32,791 nucleotides of DNA, taken from IMG/VR virus record IMGVR_UViG_3300032329_000221, positions 1 through 32,791 of that record; one strand, written 5' to 3'. Source of the stretch: a virus (lineage: Duplodnaviria; Caudoviricetes). Made by a program: the position numbers and the translations under genes. This document shows, in pieces, positions 18,902 to 27,305 of this stretch. Below the pieces are notes generated by a model, which was not told the DNA's origin, did not search any database, and worked only from the letters and a program-made list of their open reading frames with translations. The stretch's first letter is position 1; each line of letters begins with the position of its first letter.

Positions 18902-19660
18902 ATGGCATCAGTTCTTTTATCCCCATACGGAATCGGTCAGCAATTCTTTGATGACAATGGAGTTCCTTTAGCTGGAGGCTTGATTTATACCTATCAAGCT
19001 GGTTCATCTACTCCTTTAGTAACCTACACAACTAATGCTGGAACGATTGCTAATGCCAATCCTATCGTTTTAGATGCTGCTGGTCGAGTTCCACAAGAAA
19101 TTTGGTTGCTTACTGGCTATTCATATAAATTTGTTTTGCAAAATGCTAATGCAGTATTAATTCAGACCTTAGACAATATTTATCCAATTTTGCAAAATGC
19201 TCCTGCATCAGCTCCTGCTGTACCTACTGGAGCTATTTTGTTATGGTCAGGATCTACAGGATCTATTCCTGCAACTTGGTATTTATGCGATGGAACAAAT
19301 GGAACACCTGATTTAAGAAATAGCTTTATTGTTGGAGCTGGATCAACTTATGCTGTAAATGCTACAGGCGGTACAGCCGATGCAATAGTTGTATCTCATA
19401 CCCATACTGCAACTTCAGTTGTTACTGATCCAGGGCATTTCCATGTATCAGGAAGCCCACAAGATTACAACATTTATGGCACAACGGCTATTAGTGCTAC
19501 TTCACAAAAAACAGGAACTCAAACAGTATCTACATCACCAAATACAAGCACAGTTACAACTGGAGTTACAGTAGCTACAACCAATGCTAATGCTGGTGTA
19601 AGTGGAACTAACGCTAATCTTCCTCCTTACTATGCTCTAGCCTACATTATGAAGGGCTAA
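18902..19660 (+). CDS. Short tail fibre: particle-binding N-domain plus tail-collar domain
   Basis: FFDDNGVPLAGGLIYTY...NPIVLDAAGR attachment domain; PTGAILLW...WYLCDGTNGTPDLR collar; SHTH/GHFH; NLPPYYALAYIMK end. Confidence 0.82.
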   Translation: MASVLLSPYGIGQQFFDDNGVPLAGGLIYTYQAGSSTPLVTYTTNAGTIANANPIVLDAAGRVPQEIWLLTGYSYKFVLQNANAVLIQTLDNIYPILQNAPASAPAVPTGAILLWSGSTGSIPATWYLCDGTNGTPDLRNSFIVGAGSTYAVNATGGTADAIVVSHTHTATSVVTDPGHFHVSGSPQDYNIYGTTAISATSQKTGTQTVSTSPNTSTVTTGVTVATTNANAGVSGTNANLPPYYALAYIMKG

Positions 19661-19662
19661 GT

Positions 19663-19899
19663 GTGGATATGTCCTTTGAACTAGATCCAGTTAAATACGG
19701 AATTCTTTGGAATACTGTAGAAAATAACGAAAAACAATTAGAACTAATGTCACAAAAGATTGACAAAATGGAGTCTAAATTAGAGGAGCTTGTCGCACTT
19801 GCAAATCAGTCTAGAGGTGGTTTTTGGGTTGGAATGGCTATCGTATCTGCAATTAGCGGAATTGTGGGATTTATTGGAAGTCATTTCTCAGGAAAATGA
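19663..19899 (+). CDS. Small coiled-coil protein with C-terminal TM helix (lysis-associated)
   Basis: 78 aa; LANQSRGGFWVGMAIVSAISGIVGFI; upstream of holin. Confidence 0.65.
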   Translation: MDMSFELDPVKYGILWNTVENNEKQLELMSQKIDKMESKLEELVALANQSRGGFWVGMAIVSAISGIVGFIGSHFSGK

Positions 19900-19905
19900 A
19901 AATGT

Positions 19906-20355
19906 ATGTCCGATCCCTATGGAATTGCAGAAGGAGTAAAGGCTCTTTCTAGTAGCCTTGATGCAAGCCGAGAGGCTAGTAAAGGACTATCTACCTCTAT
20001 AGAGAATATACAAAAAGATGGATTAGATGTAGCTCAAAAACAAGCTAATGAACGGATTAGAGCAAGGCGAGAAGCAGAGTTTAAAAAAGAAAGGGCATTA
20101 ATCAAAGCCCTAGATTCTTGGAAGCACAAGAAACAAATTAGTGATGAAGAAGCCAAATTAAAAATAGATTTTGTAAAGAAGTATGGCGCTAAAGAATGGG
20201 AAGCAGTTTTAAAAATTAAACTGGACATTGAGAATATGCAACGCAAAGATAACGAAGAATTTCAACATGATTTAAAAGCTGTTCGCAGGGTTCAATATTA
20301 TTGTTTTGCTTTGGCAGCAGTTATAGCTTGGTACTTAACTTGGGGTTACAAATAA
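19906..20355 (+). CDS. Coiled-coil protein with C-terminal TM helix
   Basis: 149 aa highly charged, ends YYCFALAAVIAWYLTWG. Confidence 0.7.
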   Translation: MSDPYGIAEGVKALSSSLDASREASKGLSTSIENIQKDGLDVAQKQANERIRARREAEFKKERALIKALDSWKHKKQISDEEAKLKIDFVKKYGAKEWEAVLKIKLDIENMQRKDNEEFQHDLKAVRRVQYYCFALAAVIAWYLTWGYK

Positions 20356-20849
20356 TGGATTGGTTAGCTAAATTAGTACCAACTATTGCTACTTGTTTGG
20401 GTGGCCCTTTAGCTGGTCTAGCCGTAACTGCGGTATCTAAAGCATTAGGAATTGACGAAGATAAAGTTCAAAATGTGATTGATAGTGGTAAATTATCTGC
20501 CGATCAAATTGCAAGCCTCAAACAAGCTGAAATTGAATTGCAAAAACAAGCGCAGGAATTAGGACTTAACTTTGAACAATTAGCAGTTCAAGATAGAGCT
20601 TCTGCTCGTGATTTGCAAAAACAAACTAAATCGCTTATCCCTCCAATTTTATCTATTTTGGTAACTATTGGATTTTTTGGAATACTTGGCGGTTTAATGT
20701 CAGGCAAAATTATGACTTCTGATGCTTTAATGCTCATGCTTGGCTCTCTTGGAACTGCATGGACAGGCATTATTGCGTTTTACTTTGGTTCTTCAGCTAG
20801 TAGCCAGGCAAAAGACCAAATGATTCATAACTCCACTCCATTAAAATGA
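20355..20849 (+). CDS. Holin (3TM, gene-transfer-agent type)
   Basis: LVPTIATCLGGPLAGLA, DRASAR, two further TM helices, FYFGSS; start at TAATG overlap; adjacent to endolysin. Confidence 0.8.
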   Translation: MDWLAKLVPTIATCLGGPLAGLAVTAVSKALGIDEDKVQNVIDSGKLSADQIASLKQAEIELQKQAQELGLNFEQLAVQDRASARDLQKQTKSLIPPILSILVTIGFFGILGGLMSGKIMTSDALMLMLGSLGTAWTGIIAFYFGSSASSQAKDQMIHNSTPLK

Positions 20850-21442
20850 ATACAGATCAATTACAGGCTTTAGGAATTGATTCTAAATGGTTAGATGGTT
20901 TAAATGCTGTATTTCAGAAATATGAAATAAACACTCCAAGAAGGCAGGCTGCATTTATTGGTCAATGTGGGCATGAGTCTGCATCATTTAAAGTCCTTGA
21001 AGAAAATCTTAATTACAGCGCTAAAGGTCTAGTTGCGACATGGCCCAGCCGATTCCATGATATTGAGTTTGCATCAGAATATGAGCGTAAACCTGAACGA
21101 ATTGCCAATAAAGTCTATGGCGGTAGAGCTGATCTAGGAAATACTGAAGATGGAGATGGCTGGAAGTTTCATGGCAGAGGCTTAATTCAGCTTACAGGGC
21201 GAACAAACTATACAGTATGTGGACTAGCCCTAGGAAAGCCATTTGCAGAGCATCCTGAGCTTATATTAGAGCCTGAAAACGCTTGTATGTCTGCTGGTTG
21301 GTTTTGGAATAAGCGTGGCTTAAATGCCTTGGCAGATAATGAAGATTGGACTACCATTACCAAAAGAATCAATGGTGGAACTATTGGGTTACAAGATCGT
21401 ATTGATCGCACTCACAAAGCAATGGATATATTAGGAGCATAA
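20846..21442 (+). CDS. Endolysin, glycoside hydrolase family 19
   Basis: AAFIGQCGHES, EENLNYS, GRGLIQLTGRTNY, SAGWFW, ITKRINGG. Confidence 0.92.
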   Translation: MNTDQLQALGIDSKWLDGLNAVFQKYEINTPRRQAAFIGQCGHESASFKVLEENLNYSAKGLVATWPSRFHDIEFASEYERKPERIANKVYGGRADLGNTEDGDGWKFHGRGLIQLTGRTNYTVCGLALGKPFAEHPELILEPENACMSAGWFWNKRGLNALADNEDWTTITKRINGGTIGLQDRIDRTHKAMDILGA

Positions 21443-21444
21443 AA

Positions 21445-21582
21445 ATGCAAGAATCAAAAAAGCAACAAAAGCGTGAAGAAGCTCAAGTAATTAAACTGCG
21501 TAATTCAGTTTATGAAGTAAAACAAGAATTAAAAAAACATGAGAAAGAGCCTATGAACAAGGCTCATCCCATGAAAGGTTAA
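21445..21582 (+). CDS. 45 aa basic hypothetical protein (not in ORF track)
   Basis: AGGAG RBS; MQESKKQQKREEAQVIKLRNSVYEVKQELKKHEKEPMNKAHPMKG; stop overlaps the convergent gene stop. Confidence 0.6.
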   Translation: MQESKKQQKREEAQVIKLRNSVYEVKQELKKHEKEPMNKAHPMKG

Positions 21583-21770
21583 AGTTTTTTAAATTCCTGC
21601 TCCATATCTTTAAGGGTAAAGATTCGGCTTTTAATCCAAGCCATAGTCCAAACCTTTAAAGCTACTTCATTGGTATTAAATACATCAGGGAAAGTTTCAA
21701 AAAACTGTCTTTCGCACTCGTTTTCAGGAACAGCTATTTCTCCTGCAAATGGAACTTTTTCGTAATTCAT
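21579..21770 (-). CDS. Hypothetical protein
   Basis: 63 aa, GAGGA RBS, ATGA-type coupling in leftward operon. Confidence 0.65.
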   Translation of the reverse strand: MNYEKVPFAGEIAVPENECERQFFETFPDVFNTNEVALKVWTMAWIKSRIFTLKDMEQEFKKL

Positions 21771-21970
21771 TTAATCCTCGCTACTTTAGCTTTTCGCAAT
21801 ACAGCCTCGTATTGTCGTTTAGCCTGGTCATCTAACTTACGCAATGGCAGATTCTGCCAATAGGCCCATTTATCTTGATATTCCTGTAATTCTGATGGAG
21901 GAGTCCAGCCAGCAAGCCTCCATCTAATCGTAATATCAGTTCCAGCAGCAGTCCAAATATGTTCGTTCAT
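21767..21970 (-). CDS. Hypothetical protein
   Basis: 67 aa, AAGGAG RBS, TDITIRWRLAGWTPPSE. Confidence 0.7.
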   Translation of the reverse strand: MNEHIWTAAGTDITIRWRLAGWTPPSELQEYQDKWAYWQNLPLRKLDDQAKRQYEAVLRKAKVARIK

Positions 21971-21978
21971 ATTGCTCC

Positions 21979-22233
21979 TTAAAATGGTGGCTCATCCAAA
22001 TCATTAGATTGTTTAGCTAATTTAGGCTGGTCGTTCTTTTCTTCAGGCTCGTTTAAGTAAGCAAAAATAGAACCCTCTTTCATGGCATAGATAGGCAAAG
22101 ACTCAATCTTGAGCATTAAGCCATGCTTAGTTTCCATGATTACTCCAATAGACTGATAGCGTTTTTTAGTTTTGCCATCCGTTTTATCTTCATATTCTGA
22201 TACTGCTGCTTTTACGAAATATTTAATTGCCAT
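21979..22233 (-). CDS. Small SSB-like protein
   Basis: 84 aa; beta-rich core and acidic tail ending DLDEPPF like the SSB DDIPF tip; beside exonuclease and annealase. Confidence 0.55.
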   Translation of the reverse strand: MAIKYFVKAAVSEYEDKTDGKTKKRYQSIGVIMETKHGLMLKIESLPIYAMKEGSIFAYLNEPEEKNDQPKLAKQSNDLDEPPF

Positions 22234-22873
22234 TGCGCTTCTCCATAAGATTTACTTCTTTTTCTACTTCACTTAAAAACTGTTTAATTTCTGTTTCCAT
22301 AAACAAAATGAACTCAGGATCTCTAAGAACATGAACAATCAGTAATTGACTGCGTTCAGGCATCCTTGGATCAAAACTTACAAAGTCGCACCATTTAGCT
22401 CCTGTAACTGCCATTTGAGCTTGCATCTGAATAACATATTTGTTAGGTGGCGCATTGTCTTTTATATATCCCCAATGCGTAGCAGAGTTTGGACATTTGA
22501 TTTCAATAAGACCATCGTTTCCAACCAAGCCATCAGGAGAACAACCGAAACCAGCAATAGTAGAATGATCGACAAAGGCAATCTGATCGACAAAATTGCT
22601 TGTTTTAACTTCATACGCAACCCTGGCTTGTGGCTCTGTTTGAGTTCCCCATTGCATAGCTTCATTTTGGTATGATTCCTGTATGGTCTTTGTAACTCGT
22701 TGCAAGGCAAGCTCAATCAGATAGTTACCTCGACTAGCTGAAGGGCCTGATTTTGTCTTAGCCAGTATATCGGCAACCCTAGAAGCGGTAACTTTTCCCA
22801 ATCTGAGCTGATGCCATTCAGGAGTTCCCTGTTGTACGCAAGCAACACGATCCTCTGTAGTAAATGTAGTCAT
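22223..22873 (-). CDS. YqaJ / lambda-type exonuclease
   Basis: QGTPEWHQLRLGKVTAS, MQWG...EP, GCSPDGLV, LIEIKCP, QMQAQM, WCDFVSFDPR. Confidence 0.93.
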   Translation of the reverse strand: MTTFTTEDRVACVQQGTPEWHQLRLGKVTASRVADILAKTKSGPSASRGNYLIELALQRVTKTIQESYQNEAMQWGTQTEPQARVAYEVKTSNFVDQIAFVDHSTIAGFGCSPDGLVGNDGLIEIKCPNSATHWGYIKDNAPPNKYVIQMQAQMAVTGAKWCDFVSFDPRMPERSQLLIVHVLRDPEFILFMETEIKQFLSEVEKEVNLMEKRNGN

Positions 22874-23085
22874 TTCTCACTCGCCTTTTTTAGTATTGCT
22901 CTAGCAAATTCAATAAGGTTGTTATTTAAATATCCATCTTTAAATGGGTTTTCTGCATGAATTTTTAATATTTCCTCATCTGTTAGTGTCTTTAATTGTG
23001 GCGAACAAGTATGAATAGAATCCCCTGTAACTCTTTTGCCACAATCTAAACACGCAGTCCACGCTACTGGTTCATTGTTCATCAT
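22870..23085 (-). CDS. Hypothetical protein with small Zn-ribbon-like insert
   Basis: NEPVAW...CLDCG...HTC...LTDEEI...FARAILKKA. Confidence 0.7.
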   Translation of the reverse strand: MMNNEPVAWTACLDCGKRVTGDSIHTCSPQLKTLTDEEILKIHAENPFKDGYLNNNLIEFARAILKKASEK

Positions 23086-23171
23086 TCCATCCATATATAA
23101 ATAAGCATTGCACCAATTACTAACCAGGTTACTGCTCCAGTAAAAGCTAAAAATGCTATAAAAATACTCAT
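23082..23171 (-). CDS. 29 aa single-TM peptide (not in ORF track)
   Basis: MSIFIAFLAFTGAVTWLVIGAMLIYIWME; AAGGA upstream; stop overlaps next start. Confidence 0.5.
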   Translation of the reverse strand: MSIFIAFLAFTGAVTWLVIGAMLIYIWME

Positions 23172-23216
23172 TTGCGAGCTTCCTTTTCTTTTCTTAAAAA
23201 TTCATCAAATATTGGT

Positions 23217-23765
23217 TTAAGTTCCCAATTCTGCTTTTTTGGCATCTTTGGCTGCGGAAATCTTAGCGACTGCTGATTTGTCTTTTGCAAGGAACTTATA
23301 GGCTTGAGCATAGGTTTCTTTCAATTCATTAATAGTTGTGCAAGTTTTAATTGAATCTACCCATCCTAAAGCCGATTCAGTCATATCAGGAATTTCTTCA
23401 TCAATAGCTTCAGAAGGAAGATCAGATCCAGCGTAAATGTAAAGACCAATACCAAAGGTGGCTATGCACTTGGCAAGGCATCGCATTTGAGAATCGCTGA
23501 TCTTGCGAGCATCAGGGTTTTTGATAGCCTGGTTGCGGTTATCCATTACTGGCAACTGCATCTTCATGGTTTTGCCAAGAGCTGTTACTGAGCAAGAAAC
23601 CATTGCACTTTCGTTAAAGTAAACAATATCTCCCCATTCCCAAATAGCCATCGGATCATGCTGAAGAAGAATATCCACAGCATAAGTCCATGAAAGATAG
23701 GTTAGTTGGCCCTTGCGTTCTGTAAACTCGTTTACATTGATTTTGCGTAGTTCGTTATAGTTCAT
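23217..23765 (-). CDS. sak: Sak (DUF1071, Rad52-like) ssDNA annealing protein
   Basis: LRKINVNE...LTYLSW, MQLPVMDNRN, MRCLAKCIATFGIGLYIYAG; start after AAGGAG. Confidence 0.88.
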   Translation of the reverse strand: MNYNELRKINVNEFTERKGQLTYLSWTYAVDILLQHDPMAIWEWGDIVYFNESAMVSCSVTALGKTMKMQLPVMDNRNQAIKNPDARKISDSQMRCLAKCIATFGIGLYIYAGSDLPSEAIDEEIPDMTESALGWVDSIKTCTTINELKETYAQAYKFLAKDKSAVAKISAAKDAKKAELGT

Positions 23766-23775
23766 CACTTGCTCC

Positions 23776-24066
23776 TTATGCGTTAGTTTCATGTTCTGCA
23801 TGGTCTTTGGCAAAGCGTTCCATGTAATCAAATGCGATCATCATTATTTTTCTGCCAATTATTGCGTAATCGCCTGTATCTATGCAGTCTTGCAAGGCGA
23901 TGGCGGTATCTGTATCTAGCTCACCTAAAGCCTCTGCAACTCTAGAAGCATTGTTAGGATCGTATTCAGCACCTTTTTTCATTAGCTGATATGTCAGCTC
24001 ATCAATTTCATCTGAGCGATCATCGTAATCGTCAGGCTCGTAGTAATGGTCATGTAAGCGACTCAT
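23776..24066 (-). CDS. Acidic hypothetical protein
   Basis: 96 aa, AGGAGG RBS, HDHYYEPDD. Confidence 0.75.
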   Translation of the reverse strand: MSRLHDHYYEPDDYDDRSDEIDELTYQLMKKGAEYDPNNASRVAEALGELDTDTAIALQDCIDTGDYAIIGRKIMMIAFDYMERFAKDHAEHETNA

Positions 24067-24067
24067 A

Positions 24068-24160
24068 TTAGAACCCTCCTAATAAGCCGTATGCAAACAT
24101 AGCTCCAAAAGCTATCCCAGTTACTACAACTGCTGTCCATTCAATTATTGCTGTTTTCAT
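24068..24160 (-). CDS. 30 aa single-TM peptide, first gene of leftward operon (not in ORF track)
   Basis: MKTAIIEWTAVVVTGIAFGAMFAYGLLGGF with AAGGAG RBS. Confidence 0.6.
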   Translation of the reverse strand: MKTAIIEWTAVVVTGIAFGAMFAYGLLGGF

Positions 24161-24202
24161 CACTTACTCCTTCACTTGGTTAAAAAATCTACTGCTTGAA
24201 TA

Positions 24203-24283
24203 GAACTATATCATATCAACTACCTTGCAAATACTTTTTTTATCATTTTTGTTGCAAAATCGCACAAATCTATGATATTGTTC
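24203..24283. promoter_or_regulatory. Divergent promoter region with 13 bp inverted repeat
   Basis: GAACTATATCATA (24203-24215) and TATGATATTGTTC (24271-24283) are 12/13 complementary; each holds an extended -10 (TGaTATAGT, TGaTATTGT) downstream of TTGCAA. Confidence 0.65.
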
Positions 24284-24298
24284 ATTTCAGGAGGATTT

Positions 24299-24502
24299 AT
24301 GAATGAAATAAAACAGCTTTTACAAGTGGAATTTGGCACTTTGGATGAGCTATCTAAGCTGCTAGGAGTGAGAAATTCTGCGGTATATCAATGGGTTGCG
24401 AGAGGCTACATTCCTATTCGCCATCTTAGAAAATTAAGCGCTTTATCTGAGGGTCGTTTGACCAATGAAATGCTTAGACCTGATCTATTTAAAAAGGATT
24501 GA
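24299..24502 (+). CDS. Cro/YdaS-like HTH regulator
   Basis: ELSKLLGVRNSAVYQW HTH and LRPDLF end; AGGAGG RBS. Confidence 0.85.
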   Translation: MNEIKQLLQVEFGTLDELSKLLGVRNSAVYQWVARGYIPIRHLRKLSALSEGRLTNEMLRPDLFKKD

Positions 24503-24503
24503 G

Positions 24504-25256
24504 ATGAACTTTTACCCATTTCATATTGGGGATTACATCAGTCATACCTCTCATCTAAGTAATGAGGAGGACTTGGCTTATAGGCGAATGATTGATCTTT
24601 ATTACATGACTGAACAGCCGTTCAACGACAGTTCAACTGTAGCAAGACGAATTCGATCATCCGTTGAAACTGTTGATGCAATATTGCAAGAATTTTTTAT
24701 TTTTGATGAAGATAATTGCTGGCATAACAAGCGAGTTGATGAGGAAATCGCTAAGTACCATAGCCGTCTAGACCAAGCCAGTAAAGCAGGAAAGGCATCT
24801 GCTGAAGCTCGGTTAAACAAGCGTTCAACATCCGTTCAACCAACCAAGAACCAAGAACCATTAACCAAGAACCAAATAAAGACTACTCCTAAAGTCGTAA
24901 CTCCTGACGGAGTTAGTGTTGATTTATGGAATGATTTTTTAATTTACAGAAAAAGATTGAAAGCTCCAGTAACGGATCGAGTTCTTGCAAGGCTGATAAA
25001 AGAAGCTGAATTAGCCAAGATGCCATTGGATCAAGTATTGGAAACAATCATCTTTAAAGGCTGGAGATCATTTGAGGCAAGCTGGATTCAACAAGCACAG
25101 CAAAAAGCCACAGAACTGCCCCTAGGAACGGATCAGCAGATTGAGGAGGCATACAGGGTCGAATGTGGAGGAGATCCTCGCCAGGCTCGTTTTAATAGCT
25201 ATTTTGAGATGAAGAAATTTATCCAAGAAGCTAGAGATAAACGGAAAAGGGCCTAA
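24504..25256 (+). CDS. Replication initiator, YdaU/DUF1376 family
   Basis: MNFYPFHIGDY...HLSNEEDLAYRRMIDLYY, WHNKRVDEEI; C-terminal WNDFLIYRK...GWRSF. Confidence 0.88.
   Translation: MNFYPFHIGDYISHTSHLSNEEDLAYRRMIDLYYMTEQPFNDSSTVARRIRSSVETVDAILQEFFIFDEDNCWHNKRVDEEIAKYHSRLDQASKAGKASAEARLNKRSTSVQPTKNQEPLTKNQIKTTPKVVTPDGVSVDLWNDFLIYRKRLKAPVTDRVLARLIKEAELAKMPLDQVLETIIFKGWRSFEASWIQQAQQKATELPLGTDQQIEEAYRVECGGDPRQARFNSYFEMKKFIQEARDKRKRA
24812..24876 (+). repeat. Iteron-like repeats / putative replication origin
   Basis: GTT(C/A)AAC at 24812, 24823, 24834 (11 bp spacing), then five tandem AACCA(AG/TT/AA) heptamers 24842-24876. Confidence 0.7.
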
Positions 25257-25447
25257 TGGATGAGCAAAAGCATAAGCATCGTTGCGCTGTTCGCCAGCTC
25301 ATTATGTGGCGCAGGCAATGGGGTTTAAAGGCTTTTAGAGAATATATGGCTAAACATAAAGAAAAATTGAGTTGGGAATTGGTAAGGGATTATGAGGATC
25401 AATGGGTTAAAGGCAATCGAGCTGATGAAAAAGGAGAATGGAAATGA
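25256..25447 (+). CDS. Hypothetical protein
   Basis: 63 aa, HRCAVRQL...QWVKGNR; coupled to initiator. Confidence 0.7.
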   Translation: MDEQKHKHRCAVRQLIMWRRQWGLKAFREYMAKHKEKLSWELVRDYEDQWVKGNRADEKGEWK

Positions 25448-25776
25448 GTTTAGAAAAGTTAGATGAAGATAGGGTTGAAAAAGCATTGATTTACCTTTCA
25501 ACGACAGACGAAGATCATGCAACCCTAGGGTCTGAGGTTAAAAGGCTTGAGGAAGGCATTAAACAAGCCAAGGCTCATTCTTTTTTAGCTGGTGAGGGGA
25601 CAGTCGCAGAGAGGGAGGCAAAAGCCGTAGCGAGCCTTAAATTTGGTAATGCAGTAGAGCTATGGGTTGAGGCTTACAAAGAGTTCAAGATTTTAGATAA
25701 CAAACGCAATACCGAGATCCGTATAACGGAATTATGGCAAACACTATCGAGCAATCGAAGAAAGGGTTCAATATGA
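25444..25776 (+). CDS. Helical hypothetical protein (weakly UvsY-like)
   Basis: GTVAEREAKA and ELWQTLSSNRR; ATGA overlap. Confidence 0.65.
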   Translation: MSLEKLDEDRVEKALIYLSTTDEDHATLGSEVKRLEEGIKQAKAHSFLAGEGTVAEREAKAVASLKFGNAVELWVEAYKEFKILDNKRNTEIRITELWQTLSSNRRKGSI

Positions 25777-25943
25777 AAGATTTCTCTATGCCTTACATCG
25801 TCATTCATAGTCTTTTAAAGAAATACCATGACAACATGATTGATCGAAAAACTAACCGAGCTTATGAGTTGGCTACAGATATTGTTGAGATGGCTCTGAT
25901 CTTGCAAGATTTGGCAGATAATCATGAAAATAAAAAAGTTTGA
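25773..25943 (+). CDS. Hypothetical protein
   Basis: 56 aa, ATGA-coupled. Confidence 0.6.
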   Translation: MKDFSMPYIVIHSLLKKYHDNMIDRKTNRAYELATDIVEMALILQDLADNHENKKV

Positions 25944-26352
25944 CCAGGTTTTACATGATAAATACGATCCCCCAGCGAGAGCTGCGGTTACTGCTTGGTT
26001 GAAAATGAAATGGGGTTTAGATGCTTTTGATAACCCTGATATTTATGGAACTGATTTACTGATTTGTAGAGCTGGTAAACAAGTTGGTTGGGCTGAAGTA
26101 GAGGTTCGCCAATGGAGTCCAGTTTGCCCTTTTTATACAATCCATGTTCCAGCAAGAAAAAAAGAAATGCTTGAAGTTCCAAATACGCTGTTTTTTGCTT
26201 TAACGCAAGATATGAAAAACGCTTATTGGATTAAAGGCCATGAAGTATTAAGCTATCCTCAGATAGAAATGAGGGACAATACAAAGCATGAGTTTTATTA
26301 CGATGTACCTAAACACCTTTTTAAATACATAGATTTAACCCAATTATTTTGA
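25924..26352 (+). CDS. Putative PD-(D/E)XK-fold nuclease variant
   Basis: YGTDLL...WAEVEVR arrangement (D...ExE); fold is inference. Confidence 0.5.
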   Translation: MKIKKFDQVLHDKYDPPARAAVTAWLKMKWGLDAFDNPDIYGTDLLICRAGKQVGWAEVEVRQWSPVCPFYTIHVPARKKEMLEVPNTLFFALTQDMKNAYWIKGHEVLSYPQIEMRDNTKHEFYYDVPKHLFKYIDLTQLF

Positions 26353-26636
26353 CTACAAAAGCAGAAAAGGATCTCTATGCTCGCCTGGCGAGAATTGGCT
26401 GCATATTATGCAGATGCAACGGAGTTCGAGAAATTAACGATTCCCCAACCGAAATGCACCATTGTAGGAGATTTGGTATGCCTAGATCCCTCAGTCCAGT
26501 CATTCCCTTGTGCAGCTTTCATCACAGACTTGGAGATACCAGTATTCACCTTGCTGGAGCTAAAAAGTTCGCTTCTTATTGGGGGTATTCACAAGAGGAT
26601 CTCATTGATAAAACAAGGGAGCTATTAGATGAGTAG
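26349..26636 (+). CDS. Ref-like HNH nuclease
   Basis: GCILCR...EMHH...VIPLCSFHHR...SIH. Confidence 0.75.
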   Translation: MTTKAEKDLYARLARIGCILCRCNGVREINDSPTEMHHCRRFGMPRSLSPVIPLCSFHHRLGDTSIHLAGAKKFASYWGYSQEDLIDKTRELLDE

Positions 26637-26772
26637 TTGGCTAATCATTGTTACTGGATTGATTTACTTTTACATTGGCATAGAACAAGGCTTTAAAGGC
26701 AATATGCCTATGGCTGTTGTATATACAGGCTATGCTTTTTCCAATGTTGGCTTATATATTATGGCTAAATGA
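26629..26772 (+). CDS. 47 aa two-TM membrane protein (not in ORF track)
   Basis: MSSWLIIVTGLIYFYIGIEQGFKGNMPMAVVYTGYAFSNVGLYIMAK; GGGAG RBS. Confidence 0.65.
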   Translation: MSSWLIIVTGLIYFYIGIEQGFKGNMPMAVVYTGYAFSNVGLYIMAK

Positions 26773-26888
26773 GTTTCACCATCTATACGCATGATGGCAT
26801 GAAAGTTATTCAATGGTTCTTTAATATAGATGAGCTTATTAAAGCAATGCTTAAAAACCCAAAAGACCGATACCATCGCAATCTATAA
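26769..26888 (+). CDS. 39 aa hypothetical protein (not in ORF track)
   Basis: MSFTIYTHDGMKVIQWFFNIDELIKAMLKNPKDRYHRNL; ATGA overlap; fills the gap to the convergent gene. Confidence 0.5.
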   Translation: MSFTIYTHDGMKVIQWFFNIDELIKAMLKNPKDRYHRNL

Positions 26889-27302
26889 TTTGTAAATTTT
26901 TATTGGTTCGTGGCTTTTTGAATCTACATTGCAAGCCCATTTAACTGCTTCTTCAGCCGATAAACCCATTCTCATGCAAACCTCGGCAGCCATAGCTCCT
27001 GAACCAATAGCCATAAATGTTCTTACTCTTTCCCATTCAAGATCATCTCCACAAGCAAACAAACCATCCTGAGTAAGTTTAAGAAATGAACTATCTGATT
27101 TAAGTTTAGGTTTTGTTTTAGTTTTTTTGGCTAAGTAATCTGCTACTTTTTCACCATCAACCCAATTACCAGCAACTCCTAGATAACCTCCATCTATTGC
27201 AATGATTTTATCTTCATAATATTTTATGCCTGTTTCGTCATCAGTAAATTGACTATCAGCCACAATCATTTTGTTTATCCAATCGCCAACAATAGTAGTC
27301 AT
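26883..27302 (-). CDS. Ntn-hydrolase, HslV/proteasome-beta-like peptidase
   Basis: MTTIV (Thr1 after Met removal), VADSQ, DKI, GVAG, AIGSG, AEEAV...D. Confidence 0.78.
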   Translation of the reverse strand: MTTIVGDWINKMIVADSQFTDDETGIKYYEDKIIAIDGGYLGVAGNWVDGEKVADYLAKKTKTKPKLKSDSSFLKLTQDGLFACGDDLEWERVRTFMAIGSGAMAAEVCMRMGLSAEEAVKWACNVDSKSHEPIKIYKL

Positions 27303-27305
27303 TTT

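Noticed and set aside
20301-20354. Upstream extension MFCFGSS of the holin as a lipoprotein/o-spanin
   Set aside because: No signal peptide before the Cys; holin start fits the TAATG overlap at 20355.
23168-23245. 25 aa ORF MPKKQNWELKPIFDEFLRKEKEARK overlapping the Sak 3' end
   Set aside because: No clear RBS and too short to support, though it fills the gap.
24842-24876. Tandem heptamers as CRISPR or contingency locus
   Set aside because: No spacers, degenerate units, and position fits a lambdoid origin.
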